In this document: in pieces, positions 45,352-54,937 of the stretch | Numbering within the stretch: position 1 is the stretch's first letter | Layout of the letters: each line of letters starts with the position of its first letter | From: Clostridium sp. | GTDB lineage: Bacteria > Bacillota > Clostridia > Lachnospirales > Lachnospiraceae | Assembly: GCA_031275405.1 (NCBI GenBank) | Contig: JAISOV010000022.1 | Location: 135-64,134, forward strand | Direction of reading: 5' to 3' | Length of the DNA stretch: 64,000 nucleotides | Translations under genes and position numbers: made by a program | Notes under the pieces: generated by a model | What the model saw: the letters and a program-made list of their open reading frames with translations, nothing else | What the model was told of the DNA's origin: nothing | The model's database searches: none

Positions 45352-48300
45352 TCAGGGAGCGGGCCGCCGTCCTGCCGCCCATTTGTCAAAGGTCGCAAGC
45401 ATACCGGGCAGGACGAACAGGATCAGCAGGGTGGCCGACAGCGTACCCGCGGAAAGCGTCTGGCAGATGGTTCCGATTGCCGGGTCGCAGGGCAGCGTAC
45501 CTAACACTCCAAGCGCGAAGACCATAATCGAACCGGAAGTCATAATGGTATGAATCGAACCGTCATAAGCGGCGGTCAGAGCCTCCTGCACTTCCATTGT
45601 CCGCCGTTTTTCCCGATAGTAATTTGTGAACAGGATGCCGTAGTCAATCGTCGCGCCCATCAAGATACCTTGCACGATCAGACACGACAAATAGTACATG
45701 CTATACCCGAGCAGGCCGCTGACCGAAATCGTCAGGAACACACCGCACTGTACGATCAGCACAAGGATCATGGACACCGCGAGGGAGCGGAAAGCGACCG
45801 CCACGACGACGAAAATGGCCAGCGCCGTCAGTACGGTGATGAAGAGCATTTCGTTCCTGAAAGTTTTTGACATCTCATAGTTCATCGGCGAGCTTCCAAT
45901 CAGATAATAATCGCCCGTGAGCTTTTCCTCGCACATACGTTCAAGGCTGGAAAGGAATTCGCTGGTCTCATCGGACTCATCCGGCAGATCCGTTTCCAGG
46001 ATCCACCGTGAGTAATCAGCTCCTTTCAGCTGCAGGACGGCAGCGTCCAGTTCGGATTCCATCTCGGTGATTTCCGCGCGCAGGTCAGCGTCTATCATTT
46101 TTTCAAAACGCGGATCCTCCATCATAACGTCCGTCAGATAATCGAAGAGCGTCCGGATGGAAAGAGTCCACGACGGATCGCCGCTCTTCACGCTTGCGTA
46201 GTACAGAAAGAGCAGCCGGAGGGTGTCTTCACTCAAGTCGCCGCTCAGTCCGTCTATCAGATCGGCAAGTTCATCTGGCGTGTAGGTCTTTCCCGACACG
46301 ACCGCGTCAATAACGGTCTGCGCCAAGATCAGTTCATCGGCGGAAACCGCGTCAAACTGCTCCGCAAGATCTTTATCCGTGAGGACAGCGTCGATGATAA
46401 AGTCAACGAAAGCCCCAACCGACAGAACCCAGCCGCCCGTGTCGCCGTGTTCGCTGCGGTAGAGCAGATACAGCTGCTCCGTCTGCTCCGCGTCCATACC
46501 CACAAGGGACGATAAGTCGTCTGCGGAATATTCCGTACCCTCGACAGAACCGTTTATGAGCTTCTGAGCCGTTTTCAACTCCGCCAGCCGATCCGCGGCA
46601 AGCAGGGAACCGAAGGCTTCCCGGTTGCCGACCAGGAAATTGACGACCGTCTGGACGGACAGCCTCCACGAGTCCAGTTTCGTTCCGGAATCCCTCAGCG
46701 TGTAGATCATTTTCGCGGCGGCGCTTTCCATCCCGAACATCTGCGCCATCTGAGCGTGATCCAGCGCCGCGCCTGATGTGGACGCCTGCATCAGCGACTG
46801 CAGGAAAGCAAGCCGCGCGATCTTCTCTTCGGTAAACTGTGCCGAAAACGCGGGGTTCGGCACGAGCGCCGTCAGGGTGTAATCGATATATTCCATAGGG
46901 GACATGGTGGCGGACGGATCGCCCGCAGACCTCATCAGATAGATCTGTGAGACCTGGTCTGCATCCTCCCCGAGAAATGCGGCAAGCTCCGCGCCGGTCA
47001 TCTGTTTCTGAAGGAGCGCCGCGTCGGTATAGGGCAGCATAGCCTGTATCTGCCCCAGCAGCGCCGCGTCAAGCCATCCGGCAAACATCGGATTCCCCGC
47101 CACGTCATGCAGCAGGAAATCCAGGAACTCGGGAACAGCCATAGGCTCCGGCGTATAACGGTCAGACGAGGCGTAGCAGTAGACAAACAGCAGTCTCATC
47201 TGTTCCTCTTCCATTCCCAGGATCCGCGCCAGCGACGTGTAGGATTCGCGTGCCGTCATTTTTTCCGCATCGGTAAAATCGGCAAGCCTGCCAAGCCGCG
47301 CCAATGCGCCTGCGTCAAGCATTCCGGCATATTCGGGGCTGGCCGCCACATCTTTCACGACAAAATCCGAAAACTGCGGCAGGGTCATGGTTCCCGTATC
47401 CACACCCCCGTTTTGCGTATAGTAATACAGCAGCAGCTTTTCCGCCTGATCAGGCTCCATACCGAAAAAGCCGGCAAGCTCCGCCGCGCTCATCGGGCGG
47501 GTAAGGGCCGCCGCGTCCGAGAACTTAGAAAGACTGTCGCTATGCTCTTTGAGGTCGTCCGGGATCTGGCCGGCAAAGGTTTCATCGGCAGCCACCTCGT
47601 CGGCGACAAACCGCAGGAACTCCCCGGCTTCCACCGGATCGATCTTTCCGTGCGTATAATAGTCGTAGTAGAGAATCCGCAGCATAGCCGGGTCGAGAGC
47701 CAGATCAGAACCCATATCCTCCAGGACATCGGTAAGCTCCTCCGCCGTGTACGGCCTGCCGAGCGTGGACGCGTAACCGGAGGAACTCTTGACGTGCGGA
47801 TCCTTTTCGAGCTGTTCCGCGATTTCCGCGACCCGTTCCTCGTCCGCGTTCCGGTACAGCATGAGGATGGTATTCTTTTTCGGGAACACGTCGGCAATCG
47901 GATCCTCGGCGGTCAGTGAATAGGTAAGCTCCGTCGCCCTTTGCAGGAAAAAGGTTCCGACCAGCGTGACGACAAAAGCGCAGGCAAGGATGTGCCTGCC
48001 GCGAAAGCTGAACTTCGCCAGGCCGCCCAGAGGGATATGCGGAACCGGCTTCGCGGTCTTCCGGATCGCTTTGTCGAACAGGAGGATCAGCCCCGGCAGG
48101 ATGGTGAAGATGCAGAGCAGGCTGATCGCGACGCCTTTCGCCAGCACGATTCCGACGTCCGCCCCGATTTTGAAGCTCATAAACACAAGCATCAGCAAGC
48201 CGACCATCGTCGTCGCCGCGCTGCTGCTGATGGACAGGAAAGCGTTGCGCAGAGCGGTCTTCATGGCGTCCAGCCTGCTGCCGGCAAGCTGAGCCTCCTG

Positions 48301-48999
48301 GCGGTAACGGTTCATCAGCATGATCGAGTAGTCCATAGAAAGCACCAGCTGCAGGATCGCCGCGATGGAAAATGTGGTGCTGGATACCCTGCCCTGCATG
48401 AGGTTCGTACCCATATTGATCACAATCGCGCAGCCGATAGCGGCCAGGAACAGAAACGGCTCCACCCAGGAGCCGCACATTGCCAGCATGATCACGAGCA
48501 GGATCGCGAGCGCGATGGCGATCACCCACAGGGGGATTTCCAGAACGCCGGTGCTGTCGTTCGCAACCGTCACGTCATAGGCCGAAAAAATGTCCTTCAC
48601 CGAAGCTTCGATGGACTTTTCTTCGGCAGAATCATATGCGTAAGCGGTGTTCAGTACGAACAGGGTATAGCCGTCCTTGCGATAGTCCGCGCTGTCCGCG
48701 TCATACTCCACGCCGTCAACATAGGGCAGCGTTGCCAGCAGCGCCTGAACGTCGGCGGCCTGCCCCACATCCAGGCCGCCGAACATCACGCGGATGGTCT
48801 GTGCCGTTTCCGCTTGGGGAAATTCGGCGTCCATTTGATCAAGCCCCGCCCTCATAGAAGAATCATCCGGCAGATATTCCGTCGTGTCCGTGACGACTTC
48901 AACCTGCGGTATCAGCACCGCGCAGACTGCGGTAAGCAAAAGCATCACCGCAAGAACGAAGTACCGCTTGTCCACTACAAAGTTTGCCAGTTTTTTCAT
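45352..48999 (-). CDS. MMPL/RND-superfamily transporter with a repeat-expanded second extracytoplasmic loop
   Basis: The ATG at 48999 follows GGGAGGA. There are two ~6-TM bundles, at aa ~10-360 and in the last ~200 aa, with MMPL-like blocks (MDYSIMLMNRYRQE and GATIDYGILFTNYYRE). About 600 aa between them consist of seven related ~80-aa modules. Confidence 0.8.
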   Translation of the reverse strand: MKKLANFVVDKRYFVLAVMLLLTAVCAVLIPQVEVVTDTTEYLPDDSSMRAGLDQMDAEFPQAETAQTIRVMFGGLDVGQAADVQALLATLPYVDGVEYDADSADYRKDGYTLFVLNTAYAYDSAEEKSIEASVKDIFSAYDVTVANDSTGVLEIPLWVIAIALAILLVIMLAMCGSWVEPFLFLAAIGCAIVINMGTNLMQGRVSSTTFSIAAILQLVLSMDYSIMLMNRYRQEAQLAGSRLDAMKTALRNAFLSISSSAATTMVGLLMLVFMSFKIGADVGIVLAKGVAISLLCIFTILPGLILLFDKAIRKTAKPVPHIPLGGLAKFSFRGRHILACAFVVTLVGTFFLQRATELTYSLTAEDPIADVFPKKNTILMLYRNADEERVAEIAEQLEKDPHVKSSSGYASTLGRPYTAEELTDVLEDMGSDLALDPAMLRILYYDYYTHGKIDPVEAGEFLRFVADEVAADETFAGQIPDDLKEHSDSLSKFSDAAALTRPMSAAELAGFFGMEPDQAEKLLLYYYTQNGGVDTGTMTLPQFSDFVVKDVAASPEYAGMLDAGALARLGRLADFTDAEKMTARESYTSLARILGMEEEQMRLLFVYCYASSDRYTPEPMAVPEFLDFLLHDVAGNPMFAGWLDAALLGQIQAMLPYTDAALLQKQMTGAELAAFLGEDADQVSQIYLMRSAGDPSATMSPMEYIDYTLTALVPNPAFSAQFTEEKIARLAFLQSLMQASTSGAALDHAQMAQMFGMESAAAKMIYTLRDSGTKLDSWRLSVQTVVNFLVGNREAFGSLLAADRLAELKTAQKLINGSVEGTEYSADDLSSLVGMDAEQTEQLYLLYRSEHGDTGGWVLSVGAFVDFIIDAVLTDKDLAEQFDAVSADELILAQTVIDAVVSGKTYTPDELADLIDGLSGDLSEDTLRLLFLYYASVKSGDPSWTLSIRTLFDYLTDVMMEDPRFEKMIDADLRAEITEMESELDAAVLQLKGADYSRWILETDLPDESDETSEFLSSLERMCEEKLTGDYYLIGSSPMNYEMSKTFRNEMLFITVLTALAIFVVVAVAFRSLAVSMILVLIVQCGVFLTISVSGLLGYSMYYLSCLIVQGILMGATIDYGILFTNYYREKRRTMEVQEALTAAYDGSIHTIMTSGSIMVFALGVLGTLPCDPAIGTICQTLSAGTLSATLLILFVLPGMLATFDKWAAGRRPAP

Positions 49000-49274
49000 G
49001 AATCCTGTCCTCCCAAAAATTTGCTCCCTACTGCCCGCTTTGGCGGGCGCGCCCGTTACCGCTCGGCAGGAAGATCCCGCGAAGTAAGGATAACGCCCCG
49101 CCGAACCTGAATGTGTTGCGAAAAACATCTTTGGCATTGCTCAAGGCTGTTGACTGGAGCAGAATTGGCCTTAAAAAGAAAATGCTCCTTGCTGCGCTCC
49201 ATCCCGATAAACTTTTATAAGTCCTTTTTTCTGAAAAGTAAATGCTGTTGCCGTGGGTCACCAAAACCCAGCCA

Positions 49275-49303
49275 TTGACTTTTTCGACTATCAGTATTAT
49301 GAT
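49275..49303 (+). promoter_or_regulatory. candidate promoter of the TetR gene, followed by palindromes
   Basis: ttgact lies at 49275-49280, followed by 17 nt and tatgat at 49298-49303. Downstream are the palindromes gacttaaagtc (49313-49323) and gtttactt-N13-aagtaaac (49332-49360), which are possible operators. Confidence 0.45.
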
Positions 49304-49424
49304 ACAAGTATGGACTTAAAGTCAACCGACTGTTTACTTATAAATAGAATCCAAGTAAACAAAATGAATACAATCTGTTCTAAGCTCAACACTTTGATTG
49401 AATTAGTTGAGTAGGAGGCGCCAA

Positions 49425-49970
49425 ATGAACACAAAGCCCGAAAATCAGCGGATTCGCCTAAGCAAGGCCCTGCTCAAGAATGCCCTCATCGAACTTCTCT
49501 GGGAAAAAAATATCGAAAAGATTTCGATTTATGAATTGTGCGACAGGGCGCAGATCAACCGCACGACCTTTTATAAATACTACGGCGACCAGTACGCCCT
49601 GCTTGAGGACATTGAAAACGACTGGCTTTTGGCATTGGAGCGGCATTTCAGTTTCGGACAGGCTCAGGATCTGGTGGCCCTGACAAACGTGCTGGAATAT
49701 CTGGAGTCCGAGCGCGACAAGTTCCGCGTCCTGTTCAACTCCTCCCTGGAAAAAGAATTCTCGCTCAAGCTGTTCAACCTGCCGACAGTGGTCAGCACGC
49801 TGAACCTGCGTTTTCTGGAAGACCGTCCGGAACATCTGAGGAACTACATCTATATTTTTGTCTGCCAAGGCTGCTATGCCGTGATCCGCCAATGGCTGAA
49901 TGACGACATACGCGCTCCCGCAGGCGAAATCGCGGAACTGCTGCAATTCATGCTGAACTATCGGTTTTAA
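49425..49970 (+). CDS. TetR/AcrR family transcriptional regulator
   Basis: GTAGGAGG lies upstream of the ATG at 49425. The HTH region is IEKISIYELCDRAQINRTTFYKYYGDQY. The gene is divergent from the MMPL gene. Confidence 0.85.
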   Translation: MNTKPENQRIRLSKALLKNALIELLWEKNIEKISIYELCDRAQINRTTFYKYYGDQYALLEDIENDWLLALERHFSFGQAQDLVALTNVLEYLESERDKFRVLFNSSLEKEFSLKLFNLPTVVSTLNLRFLEDRPEHLRNYIYIFVCQGCYAVIRQWLNDDIRAPAGEIAELLQFMLNYRF

Positions 49971-50171
49971 GGAACCTCTTCCTAACGGCAAAGCGCAGAA
50001 AACCGCAGCCATTTTACAGGAAACGGCTGCGGTAAAACGCGGCCCGCCGCAGACGCATGAAAAAGAGTCCGCTTTCGCGGACTCTTTTTCACGCGCCGAA
50101 ACAAACAGGAGATTTTTTCCTGGCGCAGTCCAGACACTTTCCAAAAAATTTTCCATCCGATTAAAAAGTAC

Positions 50172-50200
50172 TTGACATATATGTTTTATCTGTATATCAT
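50172..50200 (+). promoter_or_regulatory. candidate promoter of the C-S lyase gene (TTGACA-17-TATCAT)
   Basis: ttgaca lies at 50172-50177, followed by a 17-nt spacer and tatcat at 50195-50200. A tataat also occurs at 50205-50210. The gene starts at 50243 after aaaaggagg. Confidence 0.55.
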
Positions 50201-50242
50201 ACTATATAATACATAGATGTATGAAAAGGAGGTGTTTGCCCC

Positions 50243-51373
50243 ATGACGGACTTCCATCTTGCCGTTGCGCGGCGCGGAACGGGCAGCGCAAAGTGGAGCA
50301 TACCCGACGGCGTGCTGCCGCTGTCCATCGCCGACGCGGAGTGGGCGACCGCGCCCGCCGTGCTGGACGCCGTTCAGAAGCGTCTCAACGGCCACGCGGT
50401 CTACGGTTATTCGTTCGGCGGGGCGGCGCTGCGCTGCGCGGTCGCGGCGTGGTACCAGAGGGTATACGGCTTGGAGACCGATCCCGAATGGGTCGTGCCG
50501 CTGACGGGTATCGTTCCCGCGCTGTCGGCGCTGACCGCTCTCGCGGACGGGGACGTTCTGGCGAACGCGCCGAACTATGGGCTGCTGCTTACCGCCGCGG
50601 AACGCGCCGGCAAGCGAACCATCCTCTCGCCGGCAACCCGCAGGACCTCCGGATCTTCGCTGACCTATGAAGCCGACTACGGAGACCTGGAACGCAAATC
50701 GGCTCACGCGGGACTGTATTATTTCTGCAATCCGCACAACCCCATCGGCAAGGTCTATCCAAAAGCCGAGCTGCGCCGTATCGCGGATTTTGCGGAGGAA
50801 CGCGGGCTAATCGCCGTGTCTGACGAGATTCACTGCGAAATCGTATACGACAGGCCGCATACGCCCTTCTTCGCCGCCGCGCCGTATCGTTCCGTGACGC
50901 TGACCTCACCAGGCAAAATCTGCAACATGTCTGGAATCCCCGTCGCTGCCGCCGTCGTGCCTGACGCGGGGCTTCGCGAAAGGGTGAAACGCATCGCGTT
51001 CCGTCTCGGTTTCCCCGGGGAACTGAACATGGCGGCGGGCGTGGGCGCATACTCGCCGGCGTGCGACGAATGGAAGCGCGAGGCCGTCGCGTACCTGCGC
51101 GGCAGCCGCGACGAACTGGCGGCGGCTCTCCGGCGGCGCCTGCCGAAAGCGCGGTGTACCGTCACGGAAGGAACCTATCTGCAATGGATAGACTTGTCCG
51201 CGTACCATCTCGGCGGCGCGGCGGATTTCCTGCTGAAAAACGCCCGCGTCGCGCTCACGGACGGCGCGGGCTTCGGCGGAACGGAAGATGAGGTACGGCT
51301 CAACTTCGCCTGTCCGCGAGAGATGCTGACGGAGACGCTGAACCGAATGGAGGAGGCTTTGAAAAATGTCTGA
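50243..51373 (+). CDS. PLP-dependent aminotransferase class I/II, MalY/PatB-type cystathionine beta-lyase
   Basis: The MalY/PatB-like N-terminus is RRGTGSAKW...PLSIADAEW. Further blocks are FCNPHNPIGKVY, SDEIHCEIVY and SPGKICNMSG (PLP lysine region). Confidence 0.82.
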   Translation: MTDFHLAVARRGTGSAKWSIPDGVLPLSIADAEWATAPAVLDAVQKRLNGHAVYGYSFGGAALRCAVAAWYQRVYGLETDPEWVVPLTGIVPALSALTALADGDVLANAPNYGLLLTAAERAGKRTILSPATRRTSGSSLTYEADYGDLERKSAHAGLYYFCNPHNPIGKVYPKAELRRIADFAEERGLIAVSDEIHCEIVYDRPHTPFFAAAPYRSVTLTSPGKICNMSGIPVAAAVVPDAGLRERVKRIAFRLGFPGELNMAAGVGAYSPACDEWKREAVAYLRGSRDELAAALRRRLPKARCTVTEGTYLQWIDLSAYHLGGAADFLLKNARVALTDGAGFGGTEDEVRLNFACPREMLTETLNRMEEALKNV

Positions 51374-51681
51374 TCTTTACCAGACCACGTGCCGCGCCGC
51401 CTGTTTGGCACCGATCGGGGCCGCAAGGCGGCCGCCGTCCGCGTTCCGCCCGCGGATGTGCGGCGGGGCGCGGGCCAGGGCGCCGACGCGGCGCACGGCT
51501 GAAAACCCGCAGACACCACAGAACGCGGAATCCGCGCGGGAAGCTGACCCGACCGCGTTAAGATCCGCACAAGAAACGCCTCGACAAGCACTGATAGAAA
51601 CGAGATTCCACAAAAGAGCGGAACCTGACCCGCCAAAACCGGAAATCCATAACAACATTCAGATTCGGAGGAAACCATACC

Positions 51682-52587
51682 ATGAAAAAGTGGAAACCGT
51701 ACTCATCCATCACGTTCCTTTCCCTCGCGGCGGCTCTGCTGCTCGCCGGCTGCCAAAGCTCCGCGACCGGCGGCAAAAGCGCGGCAGCCGATACATCCGC
51801 GAACAGCCAGTCCGCCGAAGCTTCCGCGCCTCCCGCCGAGACCGTGACCAAAATCCTCGTCGGCACTCACGGCAGCCCCAGACCGTACCTATTCACCGAC
51901 GAGAACGATAACCTTGACGGCTACGACGCCGCGGTGGTGCGCGAGATTGATTCGCTGCTGCCGCAGTATGAGTTTGAGTACGAGCTGACCGACTTCGCGA
52001 GCATTTTCGGCGGAATCGACTCCGGGCGGTACCAGATGGGGGACAACAACTTCACGCGCAAGCCCGAGCGCGAAGAGAAATATTTGTTCGGCAACGAATA
52101 CTATGTGTATAACTCCACCGTGGCAGTCGTGCGGAAAGGCTATGCGGAAATCAAGGCGCTGGAGGATCTAGGCGGCAAAAAGACGTACATCGGCTCGGAC
52201 GGAGGCTTCGCGCAGATATTTATCGAGAATTTCAACGAGACGCATTCCGATAACCCCATCAACGGCGTATACGCCGACGTGGAAATTATCAAGAGCCTAC
52301 AGGACGTGGCGGACGGAGGGATTGACTTCACGTTCCTGGAGGCGGCGATGTTCGACGCGTATCTGGGAGAATTTCCCGATCTGAAAGAGAAGCTGGAGTA
52401 CGTGACGTTTACCGACGAGGAAACGCAGAGCATACAGGATCCTTACGGGTGGTTCCTCTTCGCCAGGACGGACGAGGGGCAAAAGCTCGCCGACGCGGTT
52501 GACGGCGCGATACGCGAGCTTGCGGCAAGCGGCAGGCTGAAAGAATTGTCGGAGCAGTATTTCGGCTTCGACTCGACGGGACGGTAA
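51682..52587 (+). CDS. amino-acid ABC transporter substrate-binding lipoprotein
   Basis: It has a lipobox (LLLAGCQSS) and SBP family-3-like blocks (VGTHGSPRPYLFTDEN..LDGYD and GRYQMGDNNFT). A permease and an ATPase follow. Confidence 0.85.
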   Translation: MKKWKPYSSITFLSLAAALLLAGCQSSATGGKSAAADTSANSQSAEASAPPAETVTKILVGTHGSPRPYLFTDENDNLDGYDAAVVREIDSLLPQYEFEYELTDFASIFGGIDSGRYQMGDNNFTRKPEREEKYLFGNEYYVYNSTVAVVRKGYAEIKALEDLGGKKTYIGSDGGFAQIFIENFNETHSDNPINGVYADVEIIKSLQDVADGGIDFTFLEAAMFDAYLGEFPDLKEKLEYVTFTDEETQSIQDPYGWFLFARTDEGQKLADAVDGAIRELAASGRLKELSEQYFGFDSTGR

Positions 52588-52684
52588 ATCAGGCAGCAGG
52601 GCAGCCATGGGCTGGCTGCCTGACTTTTTGAACCGCCGGGCGTATCGTTCGGTACACGGCGGTTCCATGGCGAGGTGGAACGTG

Positions 52685-53431
52685 ATGCTTTTTGACTTCT
52701 GGTTAGTATTTAAGCAGATACCGAAAATCCTGAAATACCTGCCGGTTACGCTGGAAATCGCCGTCGTGTCCATGTTTTTCGCGCTGGTGGTCGGTTTTCT
52801 CGTCGCGCTGATCAAAATGCGGAAAATACCCGTGCTGTCGCAGCTTGCGTCATTCTACGTTTCGTTCACACGGGGAACGCCGGTGATCGTACAGCTATAC
52901 GCGACATACTACGGCATACCGTTCCTGTTCTCGTTTCTGAATGAAACCTACGGCTGGAGCCTGAACGCAAGCGGGGTGCCGCCGATCGTTTTCTCACTTG
53001 TCGCGCTGTCGCTGAACGAGGCGGCATACACTTCGGAGAGTATACGCGCCGCGCTTGAGGCGGTTGACAAGGGGCAGACGGAAGCGGCGCAGTCGATCGG
53101 CATGACGACAGGGCAGACACTGCGGCGGATCGTGATTCCCGAAGCGCTTGTCGTCGCGCTGCCGTCGCTGGGCAACGCGTTCATCGGCATGATCAAGGGT
53201 ACGTCGCTCGTGTTCGCGACGGCGGTCGTGGAGATGACGGCGGCGGGGAAGCTGCTCGCATCGCGGAATTTCCGCTACTTTGAGATGTACGTGTCGCTGG
53301 CGATGATCTACTGGGTTATTACGATGGTCGTTTCGCGGCTGCTCTTCCTATGGGAACGCCGCCTGAAATGCAACGAGCGGGAAATGGAGGGGCAGGATGC
53401 TGGCATTGCGAGGCTTGCGGAAAAAGTTTAA
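52685..53431 (+). CDS. amino-acid ABC transporter permease (His/Glu/Gln/Arg/opine family)
   Basis: Recognised blocks are FTRGTPVIVQLY and NEAAYTSESIRAALEAVDKGQTEAAQSIGMT. I chose the ATG at 52685, which has GAGGTGG 6 nt upstream. Confidence 0.85.
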   Translation: MLFDFWLVFKQIPKILKYLPVTLEIAVVSMFFALVVGFLVALIKMRKIPVLSQLASFYVSFTRGTPVIVQLYATYYGIPFLFSFLNETYGWSLNASGVPPIVFSLVALSLNEAAYTSESIRAALEAVDKGQTEAAQSIGMTTGQTLRRIVIPEALVVALPSLGNAFIGMIKGTSLVFATAVVEMTAAGKLLASRNFRYFEMYVSLAMIYWVITMVVSRLLFLWERRLKCNEREMEGQDAGIARLAEKV

Positions 53432-54149
53432 CAAAAACGAGGTTCTGAAAGGCATAGACCTTGAGGTCAGCGCGGGTCAGGTCGTCGGGGTCATCGGCGT
53501 ATCGGGTTCGGGGAAAAGCACGCTGCTGCGCTGCCTGAACTTTATCGAAAAGCCGAACGCGGGAGAAATCACCCTCGACGGACGGACCATCGACGCGGCG
53601 CGGGCGAAAAAAGACGATATTCTGTATCTGCGGCGCTCGACGTCCATGGTGTTCCAGAGCTTTCATCTGTTCAAATACAAAACCGCTCTGGAAAACGTGA
53701 CGGAGGGCCTGACGACTGTACGCGGAATCCCCGCCGCCGAGGCGCGGGCGACGGGGGAGACGCTTCTGACCCGCGTCGGGCTTGCCGACAGAATGAGCTA
53801 CTATCCCAACAAGCTGTCCGGCGGCCAGCAGCAGCGCGTCGCCATCGCCCGCTCCCTTGCGATGAACCCTAAGGTCATGCTGCTCGACGAGCCGACGAGC
53901 GCCCTTGACCCGGAGATGATCGCGGAGGTTCTGCCCGTCATACGCGGGATCGCGCAAGAGGAACATACCATGATCATCGTGTCGCACGAGATGAACTTTA
54001 TCTACGACATCTCCGACAAGGTCGTCTTCCTGGACGGCGGGGAAATTATTGAAGAGGGTACGCCACGTGAAGTGTTCGGCTCCCCGAAAACGGAACGGGC
54101 GCGTCAGTTTCTGTCAAGAGTGAATCTGGGAAACGACTACGTGATCTAA
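53397..54149 (+). CDS. amino-acid ABC transporter ATP-binding protein
   Basis: It has Walker [10 protein letters not shown], signature LSGGQQQR, Walker [12 protein letters not shown] and an H-loop (VSHEM). It overlaps the end of the permease gene. Confidence 0.92.
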   Translation: MLALRGLRKKFNKNEVLKGIDLEVSAGQVVGVIGVSGSGKSTLLRCLNFIEKPNAGEITLDGRTIDAARAKKDDILYLRRSTSMVFQSFHLFKYKTALENVTEGLTTVRGIPAAEARATGETLLTRVGLADRMSYYPNKLSGGQQQRVAIARSLAMNPKVMLLDEPTSALDPEMIAEVLPVIRGIAQEEHTMIIVSHEMNFIYDISDKVVFLDGGEIIEEGTPREVFGSPKTERARQFLSRVNLGNDYVI

Positions 54150-54214
54150 GAGTTCGGAACATCATCTGCCGCCATGCGCGCACGGCGGCAGATTTATTTT
54201 CCGAAAATTTCCTG

Positions 54215-54243
54215 TTGTCAAATCGACCGTTATGGTCTATGAT
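54215..54243 (+). promoter_or_regulatory. candidate promoter with operator-like palindrome upstream of the TetR/ABC-2 operon
   Basis: ttgtca lies at 54215-54220, followed by 17 nt and tatgat at 54238-54243. The spacer contains the palindrome gacc-gttat-ggtc. A related ggtcgat lies at 54266-54272. Confidence 0.5.
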
Positions 54244-54293
54244 GATATTGATAAGGTAAATATCATGGTCGATCAAGAAACGAGGTGCTTAAA

Positions 54294-54937
54294 TTGAGCG
54301 GTCGATTCGATGTGTTCCACTCCTTGGAGCCGGAGAAACAAAAACGTATCCTGGACGCCGCTTTGCGGGAGTTCGCGGACAAGGGGTTCAAGCGGGCTTC
54401 CACGAACGCGGCGCGGATCGGGAAAGGTATGCTGTTCTATTACTTCGGCAGCAAGGAGGAGCTGTTTGACTTCCTGTGCGAGTACACGATGGAATTTGCG
54501 AGAAACACCTACCTTCCCCCCCCCGGCATGAACCGGACACGGGCGACTTTCTCGAGCGCTATCGAAAGCTGACGGAAACCAAACGCAGGGCTATGGAAGA
54601 GTACCCTCTCCACATCGCTCTCTTGGAAAGTTTCTACCGAGAGGGCGACGAGGAACCCTACGCCAAGTACATCAGGGACAGGGACGCCCTGCGCGAGCGG
54701 GTCGTCGGCAGCATCTACGCAGGCATTGACTACTCGCTGTTCCGCGGCGACATTGACGGGAAAGCCGCCGTCATCTACATCAAATGGCTGTTCGACGCAT
54801 ACCAGCAGGAAGTCGCCGAGAGGTTCCGAAGCGGCGAACTCAAAACCTCTGATCAGGCGGCCATGGAGGCCGAGTGGCGGCAGTTCGACACGTTCACCAA
54901 AGACCTGCGCAGGTTATTTTATAAGGAGGGCCAGTAA
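54294..54937 (+). pseudogene. TetR family regulator interrupted by a frameshift in a C9 homopolymer
   Basis: The N-terminal HTH part is in the frame of 54285-54572. The C-terminal ligand domain is in the frame of 54476-54937. The two frames meet at the C9 run at 54516-54524. One extra C would give a continuous ...NTYLPPPRHEPDTGDFLERY... The TTG at 54294 has GAGGTG 7 nt upstream. Confidence 0.7.

Noticed and set aside
51374-51681. A possible riboswitch or T-box in the 308-nt gap between the C-S lyase gene and the amino-acid ABC operon.
   Set aside because: The interval is GC-rich, but I found no SAM/S-box, T-box or other recognisable conserved core by eye. An Rfam scan is needed.
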